In this document: one piece after another, positions 1-12,000 of the stretch
Layout: the number at the start of each line of letters is the position of its first letter
How positions within the stretch are numbered: the stretch's first letter is position 1
Source of the DNA: Diplonema japonicum
Lineage: Eukaryota > Protista > Euglenozoa: Diplonemea
Direction of reading: 5' to 3'
Length of the DNA: 64,000 nt
Assembly (NCBI GenBank): GCA_964019335.1
Contig: OZ025663.1
Span: 372,001 to 436,000, forward strand
Program-made: the position numbers and the translations under genes
Notes under the pieces: model-generated
What the model saw: only the letters and a program-made list of their open reading frames with translations
The model's database searches: none
What the model was told of the DNA's origin: nothing

Positions 1-1
1 G

Positions 2-754
2 CTGATAGAACTGAAGTCGGAAACTGACGTCCAAGTGCGGAGTCTGCGCACCAGAAAAGCTAGCATATCATCAATCTCCACAGGGATGGACCCACGGGAC
101 GTTGAAAAACTGAGGAAGGCGGTAGAGGTCCTAAAGAAAGCAGACACCCTCCTTGACGAGAATAAGGTAGACAGGATGGAGTGGAAGAACATACAGGATT
201 ATGTGGAACAGATGGCCGAACAGCTCGCACAGTTGGGGCACGTCGTTGGTGCAGGCAAGCTGATCGCACGTGACAATCACGAGTGCAACAATGCTGCAGC
301 GGCAGATGTAAGAATGGAGAAAGAAACAGCAGAACATGGACTGTGGAAGAAGCCTGTGCTCAAAACAACAATCAAAAAGTCTTCACTTGCAGCTTTAGAG
401 GAGGAGAGCATGCTTCGAGACGGGCTCTCTGGCCCATGGGAAGACGATTCTATCAGAAGGCCACAGAGCGCAGGGCCAGCATCGTTTGCAAAGGCCCGTA
501 ACTTGCCCCTACGTCCTGCTAGTGCTGGTCCCACTAACAGTTACCAGACTGACCATCAGGCCTCTGTCAGCATCCCCTTGCAGCATATCCCTGCAGGCAT
601 ACGCATGGGCCGCCCATCACGCCTTACTTCCCTCGACGGCTCCGTCACCAACGCCACTGTGACCCCTCGCTACGACCTCGATCACCATCACCACGCCCTC
701 TCCCCCACATCTCAGCCCCGTCTTACCTCCAGAGCTGACGATACTCTTGATTAA
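2..754 (+). CDS. 3' part of a hypothetical coiled-coil/low-complexity protein (starts before the window)
   Basis: Frame is open from position 2 (ctg ata gaa ctg...) through TAA at 752-754. The ORF-track GTG start at 35 is internal. Helical E/K-rich N-part and S/P-rich tail. Confidence 0.7.
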   Translation: MIELKSETDVQVRSLRTRKASISSISTGMDPRDVEKLRKAVEVLKKADTLLDENKVDRMEWKNIQDYVEQMAEQLAQLGHVVGAGKLIARDNHECNNAAAADVRMEKETAEHGLWKKPVLKTTIKKSSLAALEEESMLRDGLSGPWEDDSIRRPQSAGPASFAKARNLPLRPASAGPTNSYQTDHQASVSIPLQHIPAGIRMGRPSRLTSLDGSVTNATVTPRYDLDHHHHALSPTSQPRLTSRADDTLD

Positions 755-875
755 ATAATTAACATGTCATTTACACATTTAAAGTACGTTTTGTCATTCT
801 TATTACGGCCAAGAGTGGGGCACTACTCTGTCTGCTTTTTGATTATGCCTTTGAAGGAGTTCAATAGTAGTGAAG

Positions 876-3800
876 ATGGCGCCGAAGAAGCCGCCTCCTA
901 AAGCGGCGCAGACAGGACGACCGTCCGATGCGAACGGGTTGTTCGTTGAGTGCGAACTCCCACAGTGGGAGGCAGAGATAGGAAAGGAGGATTGGAGCGG
1001 GGGCAAGGGCGAATATAGCCAGGCGGGTGCTGTGGTGGACAATGCACTGCTGTTTGTCGACCCTGCGCAGGACCCGGAGCCGTGGGAGATCGACGTTCTG
1101 ACACAGCACAACAAGGGATGGAAACGGCCAAGTGCAATTTTCTCCCCGTTCAAGCCTGTGGTGATTAAACTCGCAACGCCCGATGACCCGTATGAAGGCC
1201 CTTTAGCTCCGCCAGAAGAAGCGGGCGAGTCAGACCACGATCAGCCGGTACGGACACGCGAGTCTGTCATTGCGGCGTACCGTGCGGTGCGTAAACTAAA
1301 AGGTGCAAACCCCGTCCCTGGATCGGAACAATCGAAACGCGCGAAGGGTACCTCGAAAAGAGCGGAAGCTCGTCGCAACCAGCCAACGCCCTGCTACATG
1401 CAGGCCTTCAACTCTTGTCTTGCGGTGGTGCAGAATGCACAAGAACTCATCCCCCGCGACCAGTACCTGTGGGAATTGATCTACCCGCAAGCAGTTGTCG
1501 GGAACGGCATCCGTCTCCCGCAGTACAACCCTTACGGTAAGTACATCGTCAAGATCTTTGTGCGCGGCTGCTGGCGGCGCGTTGTGATCGACGACAGGCT
1601 TCCAACAGACATCTTTGGCCAATCCCTGCTCACTGTCACTGAAGGGAAGGAAATTTGGCCTGCTCTCCTCGCAAAGGCGCTCCTCAAAGTCCTCGGACCA
1701 ACAAAGCAAAACACCATCTTCACCGATCCACTCTGGTGTTTGTGGTCACTCCTCCCCGGATACATCCCGCAAGTACTGGACCCGACTCTTGGCACCTCTT
1801 CAATTTTGGGGTACTTCAACAGGATGATGGAACAGAAGAGGTTGTTAGAACGCCCTGAAAAGGACGAAAAGGAAGGCAGGGAAAAATTTATTGTTGCTGC
1901 ACTGCCAAAGGAGGGGTGTGTGTCGTTTGAAGCTAATGGACTGCACACAAATCAGTTGTATCACATCTTGGAGGCACGACCTTTGGAGACACCACCTACA
2001 ACAATGATACGAGTTGTGTCGCCGTTCATCAACTGGTCGGGGGAAGGATGCTACAATGACGGAGAGATATGGACGGAGGAGTTCGAGGCAGAGCTGGGCT
2101 TCTCTCGTTCGAACAGAACGTGCAATGAGAACAGCTGGAACGATGCATGGCTGAGTTGGGAGTCCTTTCATAGTGCCTTTTCAAAAGTGGTTGTGTTCCG
2201 GTCTGTTGCCAACGTGAATAAGTACGCCCACTACAAGGCCCTCTGCAACGACGGCCAGCGTGCTACTCGGTGGCTCTACATCAAGTCCGACATCCCCACG
2301 CAAATCCTCGTAGCCTACAGCGGAGACAGCAGGACTGAAGAGGAACCTTCGGCAGAAGCCCTCCCCTTCCCCATGGAACGATTTCAGTGCACAATCAAGA
2401 CGTACGACTGGAGGGAGTCCCTTCCCTTGAAGCACCTTACCCACTTCGAGGTCGATGCTAAGGAGACAGACTCCTTCACCGTCACCATCCCGCCGTCTCC
2501 TGATGGCAAGACATTTAAGATTGACTGTCATGGAATGCAAAAGGATGCTGTGTTCTCTCTAATGACAGAGCGAGAGGTTCAGTGGCTCGATACTCAGGAG
2601 GAGCTTCTGCAGCAGCACTTAGAGGTCTCCACCTGGACAGACATCAGTGAGGTCGACCAGCACGCGAAAGACGACCTCACAATATGGCTAAAGAAGGTAA
2701 TTATGGTGAAGCAGGCGTGCACTGCAGTCTTCAATGTGGAAGATGTACCGTTGGGAACGCCCAGCAACACGCCCGTGCCCGATGAGGGGGGTGCGAAAAA
2801 AGGTGCAAAGAAGCCTGCTGCAAAAGAAGCACCGCTTGTGCAGTCCACACTTGACGCAGCGACAATCGCAAGGCTGAAAGAAGAACATGCCACGAAGAGG
2901 ATCGACCTCTTGTCGTGGTCAAGACTTCTCATCAAGAACCTCGACACAGGACACATTACGTACGATGTCTTGGGTACGATCTCACCCATAACACTAGAGC
3001 CCACGAAAAATGGACACCTCCTGATGGCGTATGCCCTTCCGAATGAGGACTACCCGCAGTCCATGTACAAGCTATCCGCAACGGCAAACTGCATGAACTT
3101 CGACCGTGGCACACCTATTGTGTTCAAGGAGGTTATCACCAAGTCGGGTGCTTACAGTGTAAACGAGTCACACGAGCTGTTCAGGTACAACATCGTGCCG
3201 CAGGAACTCGTCCACATGACGTTGCTTGTGACCATCACGTGTAAGAAATCTGCTCCATTCGTGATAGAAGTGTTCAAAAGCGATGAGCTGGTGTGGAGTG
3301 TTAAAGGGAAGGGCGCCAGGTACAACAGCATCGCGGGACCTGCATTCGGAGAGAAGACAGACCCCGTGGAGGGCGTTGATGGTGACATGCCGGCCATTGT
3401 GGAAAACCTGACACTACTGCCTCCGGACAAAGGTGCCGGTGTGAAGTACTGCATCGTGTGCAAGGTGGGGAAGGAGTTTGCTGAGAATGTGAACAACGCA
3501 ACACAAGAGAAGCTTCGAGAAGAGTTCAGAAACAGGGCAGTGACGAAGAAAGCAGAAATGGAGAAGGAACGAGAGAAGATCATCACCGCGGTGAAGGCAG
3601 GGGAAAAACCCGTATTGAAAGAAACCCCAGAGGTACCGGAAGAGCCATCGATGAGCCCCCCAGAGGAGTGGGGCATCTCATACACACTGAAGGCAATGTG
3701 CAACACGGCGAAGGTAACATTTGAAGAGGACACATTGCTCCGAGAGAGGCTGGACGAGATGAAGGCTTCGTGGAACAAGGACGAGGGGAAGGACGCAAAA

Positions 3801-4517
3801 GGGGAGAAAAAAGGAAAAGGAACAACTCCAGTTCCCGACGAACGAGTGCAAAAAGCGTTGAAGTCACGTTCGAGGTACGTCGACAACGTAGGCAACGTGT
3901 TCATGCCGAGAGTTGATGCGGAGGACGAGGACAAGGTGTACATCGATCCTGAGGATGAACCGTCAATGCGGGAACTGCCTCCTGGCAAGGTGGAGGTGTG
4001 CCACAGTGGCGAGCTGTGCTATCTGAACGCAGACTTGTACAACTCCTGTAGAGGGAAGGTGACCGCGATTGACGACAACAGCATGCTGACCGTACAAACG
4101 CTCTCTGGCGAAGAGCTCAGTATCAGCTCCGCCGAGGTCGACCTCGCACCAGAAAGCGAAAAACCAGAACTGTGCATCGATGCAACCGTCGTCATTGTTT
4201 CGAAACGAACGGCAGTGTTAGGTGGGAAGAGGTACTTGGTAAGGGCACCAAGGATCCCTGAACCCGACGAAGAAGCCGAAGCGAAATGGAAAACCGTCGA
4301 GTCACAACTGTTAGCCGAACGGGAAGCTGAAGAGGAAACCATCCAGAAGTCATCCGAGAGGAAGCTGACCCGGATCACCTTTTCGAAGACCAACCGACAG
4401 GCTGTTTTGGAAGCGCACCGCAAGCAACGCGAAGAGTATTTCAACGAACAGCGCGAGAAGGGGAATCTATTCGTGGCGGAACCTGTGCAGGAAGATACTA
4501 AGAAGAAAAAGAAGTGA
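876..4517 (+). CDS. Androglobin-like protein (calpain-like domain without the catalytic motif; globin segment apparently absent)
   Basis: N-terminal LPQWEAEIGKEDW..LFVDP..WKRPSAIF..PVVIK resembles the androglobin N-terminus. YNPYGKYIVKIFVRGCWRRVVIDDRLP and EIWPALLAKALLK are calpain-core motifs. No QGxLGDC catalytic motif. First ATG at 876. Confidence 0.8.
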   Translation: MAPKKPPPKAAQTGRPSDANGLFVECELPQWEAEIGKEDWSGGKGEYSQAGAVVDNALLFVDPAQDPEPWEIDVLTQHNKGWKRPSAIFSPFKPVVIKLATPDDPYEGPLAPPEEAGESDHDQPVRTRESVIAAYRAVRKLKGANPVPGSEQSKRAKGTSKRAEARRNQPTPCYMQAFNSCLAVVQNAQELIPRDQYLWELIYPQAVVGNGIRLPQYNPYGKYIVKIFVRGCWRRVVIDDRLPTDIFGQSLLTVTEGKEIWPALLAKALLKVLGPTKQNTIFTDPLWCLWSLLPGYIPQVLDPTLGTSSILGYFNRMMEQKRLLERPEKDEKEGREKFIVAALPKEGCVSFEANGLHTNQLYHILEARPLETPPTTMIRVVSPFINWSGEGCYNDGEIWTEEFEAELGFSRSNRTCNENSWNDAWLSWESFHSAFSKVVVFRSVANVNKYAHYKALCNDGQRATRWLYIKSDIPTQILVAYSGDSRTEEEPSAEALPFPMERFQCTIKTYDWRESLPLKHLTHFEVDAKETDSFTVTIPPSPDGKTFKIDCHGMQKDAVFSLMTEREVQWLDTQEELLQQHLEVSTWTDISEVDQHAKDDLTIWLKKVIMVKQACTAVFNVEDVPLGTPSNTPVPDEGGAKKGAKKPAAKEAPLVQSTLDAATIARLKEEHATKRIDLLSWSRLLIKNLDTGHITYDVLGTISPITLEPTKNGHLLMAYALPNEDYPQSMYKLSATANCMNFDRGTPIVFKEVITKSGAYSVNESHELFRYNIVPQELVHMTLLVTITCKKSAPFVIEVFKSDELVWSVKGKGARYNSIAGPAFGEKTDPVEGVDGDMPAIVENLTLLPPDKGAGVKYCIVCKVGKEFAENVNNATQEKLREEFRNRAVTKKAEMEKEREKIITAVKAGEKPVLKETPEVPEEPSMSPPEEWGISYTLKAMCNTAKVTFEEDTLLRERLDEMKASWNKDEGKDAKGEKKGKGTTPVPDERVQKALKSRSRYVDNVGNVFMPRVDAEDEDKVYIDPEDEPSMRELPPGKVEVCHSGELCYLNADLYNSCRGKVTAIDDNSMLTVQTLSGEELSISSAEVDLAPESEKPELCIDATVVIVSKRTAVLGGKRYLVRAPRIPEPDEEAEAKWKTVESQLLAEREAEEETIQKSSERKLTRITFSKTNRQAVLEAHRKQREEYFNEQREKGNLFVAEPVQEDTKKKKK

Positions 4518-4619
4518 CACCCCTCCCCCCAGTCTCTTCACCCCCCTTGTAAATTTAAAATCTGTTTAACAGTTTTTCCTTGTCCCCGTAAACCCCGATT
4601 TTACAGAGAATATCATCAC

Positions 4620-5631
4620 ATGGCCACGGAGCTTAGCGTGGTGAATAGGTTGCTCGCTTTGTCGGGTGATGTAGCGAACCAGCCGTACATTGCGAGGAGA
4701 GGCATCCTGCCGACGTTGAAACGGTTTATGACAAATGGTGATATAGAGGTGCAACTGGTTGCTGCAAAGACGCTCCGACTCCTTGCCAGCCACCCGGACA
4801 ACCCAGACTACATTGCAGCAGAAGCCGGGATGGTGCAAACGGTTCTGACGACGTATGACGGCACAGAGAGTGCAGATTTAAAAGCAGAGCTGGAGGGTGT
4901 GATGGCGCACCTTAAAGCCGCGGCACCTACAACTTCAGCTTCTTCATCATCGGCAAAAGGGAAAAAGAAAGACGGCAAAACGTACCCAACTGTCCCTGAG
5001 CAGCACAAGAAACAACTCGCCCCCCGAACGCGCACGGAGAAAACCAAAATACAACGGCGGCACATGCTCCTCAAGGCCCCGGCCGTCAATTCTGCCAACG
5101 TGGACGATCTCGAACATCTGTTGCAAAACATCCGTGGAATGGTGTGTTTGTTCTCCTCCCCCCCCCCCTTTTTTTTAACTCCAACAGATATCATACTCGA
5201 TTGACACGCAGCAGCAGACGCTCAACCTTTTCCTCTCGACCCCCAAACATATCCTCCTGAAGCACTTGAAAGATGTGGGCTTTGAGTGTGAAGTTCTTGA
5301 AGAGCAGATTGCAAAGGTGTTCCCCCCCCCCCCCCCCCCCCCCTCTCATCTCCAACAATCGATAGGCGCACGGAGCAACAGGAGGGAGTACCCCCTCGTA
5401 TCTTTCGTCAGGACAGTCAACTGAGTCAGACTATAAGAGATCCCTTGTCGCGACTGGGGAGGCTAAGGATGTTGGAAGTGGATCACTGGCAGCACGTTTG
5501 AAGGAACAACATAAGGTTTGGGGAGAAAACAAATATAACAACCACAACAGAACCGAAACAAAGCATCTGCCGAAGAGAAGAACTCCGTGACAGGCTTCTT
5601 CACCGGCCTTGCTAGAAACTTATTGTCATAG
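4620..5631 (+). CDS. ARMC1: ARMC1-like armadillo + HMA-like protein; exons 4620-5141, 5188-5316, 5366-5515, 5551-5631
   Basis: LSVVNRLLALS..N..YI..RGILPTL..AAKTLRLLA resembles the ARMC1 N-terminus. After splicing it reads ..LQNIRGM|ISYSID.., ..PSYL.. and ends FFTGLARNLLS*, matching the ARMC1 layout. Three GT-AG introns restore the frame. Confidence 0.85.
5142..5187 (+). other. Spliceosomal intron, 46 nt, phase 0
   Basis: GTGTGT...(C)n(T)n AACTCCAACAG. Removal gives GM|ISYSID, an ARMC1-like GVISF motif. Confidence 0.85.
5317..5365 (+). other. Spliceosomal intron, 49 nt, phase 0, poly-C
   Basis: AAG|GTGTT(C)n...GATAG|GCG; the ORF continues only after removal. Confidence 0.8.
5516..5550 (+). 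other. Spliceosomal intron, 35 nt, phase 0, A/C-rich
   Basis: AAG|GTTTGG...ACAACAG|AAC; yields an ARMC1-like C-terminus. Confidence 0.75.
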
Positions 5632-6073
5632 TAAGGTACCGACTGGTTCTTTTTTTTTTTTTTTATTTTCTTTTTTCCTTTTTCTTTTTTTTTTATTCTC
5701 CTTTAGTGTTGATCAGATTTTCTTTTTCTTTGCTTCTTGCCTTCGATTAGAATTCCCCCCTGATGTCTTTCCGTCTTCCCCATACCCATTCCTTGTTATG
5801 TGTTTTTTTTTTTTCTGCTCACCCACCCACCACCCCCCCGTTTAAAAAAAAGGAAAACTTGTTCAATATTTTTATTTCTGCCCCCCCACCCGACAGTGAT
5901 TGGATGATCTCATTTATTTTTATTGTCCTTTTTTTTTATACCCCTCTCCTTTATTTCCAATTCCCCCTACTTTGCTGTTACATCTTTTTCACGCCCATTC
6001 GAAAGAGGGAGGAAGAAAGAAAAGAAAAGAAAATTTAAAATGGAACTTGCCTCTATCATCTCCCGTGTAAAAC

Positions 6074-9000
6074 ATGAATTCATTGGACACGCTGACACCT
6101 GAGAATTGCAGTTTTATTCCTAGCAAAAGTGAGTTTCAGTATTCGGTAAAAGTCCAGCGCCTTGTCCCACTATGGGTAGCGATCAAAGATGTCGTGAAAG
6201 AGATGGAAAAGGCAGGGGAAGGCCGGGTGGAAGAAGGGGATGAAGGGGGCACAAAGAGCCCAAGGAAGAAACGAAAAAAGAAAGGCCGGAAAAGAAAAGG
6301 CAAGAAGACGTTCAACTCGAGCGAAAGAACCGAAGACGATAAACAAGGACAACGGCCAAGCTGCATGGGTGCCAAGACACAACAAAACGCTGTTACCATG
6401 CCTGTGTCTAGTGCACCCATACCCTTGCGAGATGGGAGTGTGTACAATAAACAATGTAAAGACGCTTGCCACCCGCATCCCTTCGACAAGCCACCGTCGT
6501 TGCCTGTACTGCCTGCCCAGCAAGGGACGAATCCAGCCCCCCCAGCCCTTTCCTACCTTTTCGACGTCACTTCTGCTTACATTACCTCCCTCCGAACTCA
6601 GACCTTGCAAGGCTGGTCTCTTGTCATCGAAAGCATGGTCAACGAGACCCTGTCCACTGCCACTGCCCTTGCTGAGGAAGCGCACAGCCCACGCAGCCAA
6701 GCCATGTACTGCAAGACCATCGGGCGTTACCGATACAAGGTCAACGTGTGGGGCGAGCGGGGGACTACCATCGTAGGCAGCTTGGAGGGATATACAAAGA
6801 TCTTGAAACACGAGCTCCATGGCGCTGAAATGCTAGAGACTGCTGCCTCAGAGAAGCTCTTCACACCACCATCATACATCCTCGACTTGGGGGGTGTTCG
6901 TGTGTTGGTAGTCGCGCTTGTCAACACCAGCTCAAAGTGCATGGCAGGCTCGGAAGATGTGCGTCTGGGTGTGCAGACTGAGGCAGACATAGCCCCTGAC
7001 AACGACAACCACCCGCACCCCGTTATCGCTAGACCGCCCCCCGCGCTCACAGTAGAGCTTGCCAGTGTCGCAGCTACCATCCATCTTTCTGGGCACTGGG
7101 CGGAGCGCCTCCATCGCCGACGTTTTCTGCACACGCCTATCGACATGACTGTCTATCGGTACGGGTCCGGCGGTTACGGTTGGGTTGCTCTTAAAACACG
7201 CCGCGTCGTGCCCCCGAGTGCCTTCGGCTTCAGAAATGAGAACTACCTCGTCTCCAGAGTCCGCAGGGAGCTCCTCGCACTGCACAATGTGGCGCTTAGC
7301 AGTGACGCGCTATCGCCCTTCGGGGACAACCGCCGCAACTGGCACGACGGGAAGGTCCGCAGCCTGTCCGCAAAGCTACTCAGCACGTTGCCTGCAATCT
7401 CAGCGCAGCTAGATGATGAGCTGACAAAAACACCCGACACGAAGCTGTACCTTCGTGTTGCCACTGCAGGAGGGCTGTTGGTATTTCTGCACAAGAACGG
7501 CTGCAACTGTCGCCTTATGGGCTTGATACTCTCGCACTGCACCTCGAAAGCCGCAGCCACGTCGTTGCAGATCGAGATGGTCGCTCGCACATTCCGCTCG
7601 ATCTTGCACCACCTCCACAAAAGCACCGATGTAGAGGATGCTTTCCATATGCTCTTCGAGACCCTCGATGGGAATGACTTCGCAGCACACCTTCTAGAGA
7701 AGTATCCACATTGCCCTTCATTTGTGCCGTCAGAGTTGCCTCACGACATGCTGCTGAGCGCCATTGGAAGAGTGGCAGGCCTTTCGTACACCGAAGGCCT
7801 CCCTTTCAAGTACCACCCTGAAATCGGAGTGCAGTGGGTTGAACGAATAACATGCAGAAGGGCACCGTGGTCGGGAGGTGAAGACAGTCCCGCCAAGCTT
7901 CATAAAGTGAAGTGCCACTTAGAGGGGAAGTTTGAGGAGAGCCCGACACCGTCGTTGGGCGTGGCACTTGTGACCATGAAACTGGCGAGGAAGGCGCATG
8001 GGATGACCCATAAGTTCAGGTACATTTCGCACACAGGGTCCACGATACTGTTGGACATTTCGCAGAAGGCCTTGCAGCCGTGGAACGTGCACTTCGGGAT
8101 GATGCTGAGTCAGAGCGAGGACGGGGGGTCGCCTTCCATCGTGTTGGGTGTTTATCAGTGCAGGCTGTGGCGGCAGGAGGACGGGGTGGATGGCGCGAGA
8201 AGTTTCCATGTGACCACCTTCAGAGAACTGATGGAGAGGTACTGCAGCACGTGGGTGGGAGACACCCTGCCGCTGGTCCGCAAAAAGAGGAGGGCTGCAC
8301 GTTGCATGAAAGGACTTGCACCCACGGGCGTTCTCCGCCTAGGGTCCAGGGGCTTCATCCAAAGGTTCGTGACGACACCGCATCTCGTCAAAAAGTACGG
8401 TTTCAACTCAGGTGACGTACTGCAATACACCCGTACACCCCTGCGAGGGGTTACCACCACTGTGCTGGGCTATTTCAATGCTGTGTTGTGGGTGCATGAC
8501 GACACGGAGGGATTCCCAAAACCGCTGCAGGGCAGCTCCTTCCACGAAATACAATCGACATTCGGGTTCCGTCTTCTTGGAAAGACCACCCTGCAAAACC
8601 ATCCCACAGACAGCATCACCGTCGAAGGACAGCAGCTGCGTGTAGCATATCGAGTGTTAAATAAGTACGGTGTGCAGCACAGCCAGATCGTGCAATTCAC
8701 AAACGGTGAGTTTGAAGGGAAGAAGTGCGTCGTGCTAGGTGTCGGGCTCGATGCCTTGTGGGTGGACATGATGTGCTCGAAGACGCCGCTTACGCGTATC
8801 GATCCTAGGATGTTGCCTGGAAAGGTGTTGGGCACAACTAGTTTGCCGGTTTCTATCCCTGACATACAATACGCGCCTCTCACGTACCCTGTTGTGCCTC
8901 ATGGAGATATTAAAGAATTTGATACTCGCACATCAGCTTGTTTGAGGTTTGGCGTGTTCCACTCTCAGCGCTTTAAGATCGTCAGAGATAGGTACGCGAC

Positions 9001-12000
9001 GTGCATGGGGACTGTGATCGGCGTGCGTGACAACATGGTGTGGGGTCACATCGACGGTGCTAAAGGTGCATCAGTACTCGACAAGGGAAGCCTGCGCATC
9101 CTGGCAATGTCTTTCAAGGACACCGTCGTCAAACCGGCCGCTCTACCACGGCAATGGCGGCGCCTTCAGGGCGCCTTGAATATGTTGGGCTCCAACATAC
9201 TCGAAAAGAAAACCCATTTTGTGAAAAGGTCCGAGACCCCCAAACCTGTACTTGATAGACAAAGGAACGATACTGGCGTGCGATGCCTTTCTGTCATAGG
9301 TGAGGTGCTGAAGTTTTATACGTCTTATGAGATATGTGCGAAGTACGGCTACCACTTTGGCCAGCTTGTCGAAGTGGATGGTGTAGAGGGCACCATAATC
9401 GGGGTTGCATTAGGCGAGCTGTGGTGGAAGGAAACGACCAGCCTGGCATGCAAACCCCTTGCAGGGGGGAATAAGCAAACCATAACCGCCAATCACACTG
9501 TCATCATCAAGGGCATTGCCCCTGACTTCACGGAGTTCTATGACAGCCTGATGCATCCCACAGCTGTTGTGTTGAGGTCCAACACGCATGCTTCTTTCCT
9601 GCTTCCTGAGATTGCTTACGAGGAGGACGCAGAAGGTGCCCTCATGGGACTGAGCGTCGGCAAGGAACTTCTTGCCTTCAATTTCATGCCCAGTAGAATC
9701 ATCGAGCTTGCATCCATCCGACTCCCTGACGGCAGTGTAGCTAGAAGGTACACTGAAGGGATGGTCCCAACCGCTACAGTTGCTGGTGTCTCGAAAGGAG
9801 AGCTGTGGGTGAGGATGGATGGGTGCAGCTATGTGGAACCCATACCGCGAGCGGAGGTTGAGCTGTGGACTGTTGTGCAGGTGGAGAACAAGCTGATGAA
9901 ATCGAAGAGTGGCGATGCGGATGCAGTGCGGCGGAGCACCATACAAGGGGACGCAATGCTGCTGGTGCAGCCAGATGTGAACTTCTCAAAACATTTTGAG
10001 CCGTGCTGTCACATCTGGGAGTATCAGAACCCCGGGAAAAATACTAAATGGAAGGTGTTCACAAACTGGCAAGATATCGACGACGGATCCAGGGGAGGGG
10101 CACAACTGCTCACGGTTCACGATGCGGCTCTGCGTTGTGATGTGACAATAGACTTTGTTAAGCTCACTGCAAGCGTGCGCGGCTCTGTAGTGGATGACAG
10201 GCCAGTTAGAAAACGTGAGGCCTTTAGCGTAGTGGAGTATGCAAAAGCAATGCGTTTTGTCGACCTGTCGGCAGGCGGCAAGTGGCACAGCCTCCTGTGT
10301 GAGAAGATACGATCAGCTTACCAAGCCACCCACATGTGCCAGCCAAGGGAAGACGGAACTCGGTGTCCTGTCCTTGAAAAGGAAGAGCTCATGAGCATCG
10401 CCGAGCCGGTGGTCAGCAGCTTGTTTAACATCTACAAAATCATTGTCGAGGAGTACTGTTGCGACGTGGACCCTCGTAAGGTACTGCGCACTGTCGCCGC
10501 CTACTCACCTGTCAACAGGCTGCTGCTCTGCAGGTGGGTTCTCCTGTCGCATGGAATCAGATTGGGCGAGGGTGAGAACCTTGAGAAGGCCGCCTTGCTG
10601 TGGGGTGCTTATGAAAGGTACAAGGAAGTGACGCTGAGTTTGCCACCTTCAGCTGACCTACAAGAATTAATAAAAGGGATGATAGAGGCTACCGCAGGGA
10701 GTGAAATGGTAGAGAGGGAGAAGATCAGGAACGACGAGATCCAGGAAGCAGGTGTGATGCTGGTGGTACTGGCACAAGTGAAGCAGGGGTGCCACAAGGG
10801 AAACGTGTACAGCGAAGTCGCTCTGGAGGAAAAAATAGCAAAAGCAATGAAGGAAACTGTTGCAAAACCGGCACCCCTTGCGCAACCTACAGCCAAGCAG
10901 CCGTCTAAAAGGACGAAGCAAAACTGGCAGGGCGGAGAGGTGCGTCTTAAGAACCGGCATGACACCCACGTGTACGTCGACACAACGGGCGACATCTACT
11001 TCGACATCACGCCCGAAGCATGCCAGCCGTTCGGGTACGAGGCTGGTGATCTTGTCCGTTGCGGGTTTGGGGATCTCAAGGGCAACGAAGCGATCATCTT
11101 AGGAGTCAACAACGCTGCTCTGTGGCGGTACGATGTCTCGACAAGGAGAGCCCACCCCTTCGAGGGGACGTCAAAGAGGGACATCGACAGGAGGCACAAT
11201 CTACAAGTGGTGTCATCGAAGCACCCCTTGCCGCGTCATGACCCGTTCCCGTTTGTACTCGAAGACAGCCGTGTAGAGTATTTCGATATAAGTTCCGAGA
11301 CGCTGCAGGAGTATGGGCTGCACCACGGCGAGCGATATGCGGTCGATGGTCACGGGGTGGTCACGGTGATAGGACAGTTTGAAGGCACTGTGTGGTTTGC
11401 ATCCGACTGGTCTGGGGCGTTCACAATACCGGGATTCTGGGACCTGTCCCCTGCAATCCTGTACGCGACTACCGTGCGGGCGTACCAGAGCAAAGAGAAG
11501 CTGTCTGCCAAAGCGAAGTTAAACGAGGATACAGTAATTGCTTTGGACATCACAAAACACGAGCTTAACAAACACTCAGTCGTGCTCGGGGCTGTCGTAG
11601 AACACCATGGGGAGGAATGCCCAGTATGCGGGGTACAACGGGGAACAGTCTACGTAATGGTTGGGAACACCGTGACGGGACTGGAAAAAGGTACCTTGAG
11701 TCTAACAGGAGAAGTTATTGATGTACCTGTTGAACACATTGAGTTCAAAGAGGATTCCGATGTTTCGAGCTTCAGATACCTCGGCCCGTCGGGCGCTGTG
11801 AGGACATTTGACAGAAAACCTGGAAACCTGCGTCTATGGGGCGTACAAGCTAACGATATTATTCAGTTCGGAGCAGGCATCTATGAAGACAGCACAGCCA
11901 TTGTGGTTGGCATCCGAGAGGGGCACCTGTGGGTCGACTTCAACAATGGCATCGCTGTCCCCATCACCGCCCCAACAGCCAAAGCTTTCCGCGCAGATTA

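Noticed and set aside
1537-1560. Perfect GTAAGT donor inside the androglobin-like gene
   Set aside because: Lies within the conserved YGKYIVK calpain motif, so it is coding.
6129-6157. GTGAGT...CAG 29-nt intron candidate
   Set aside because: Shorter than all other candidates and would break the open frame from ATG 6074.
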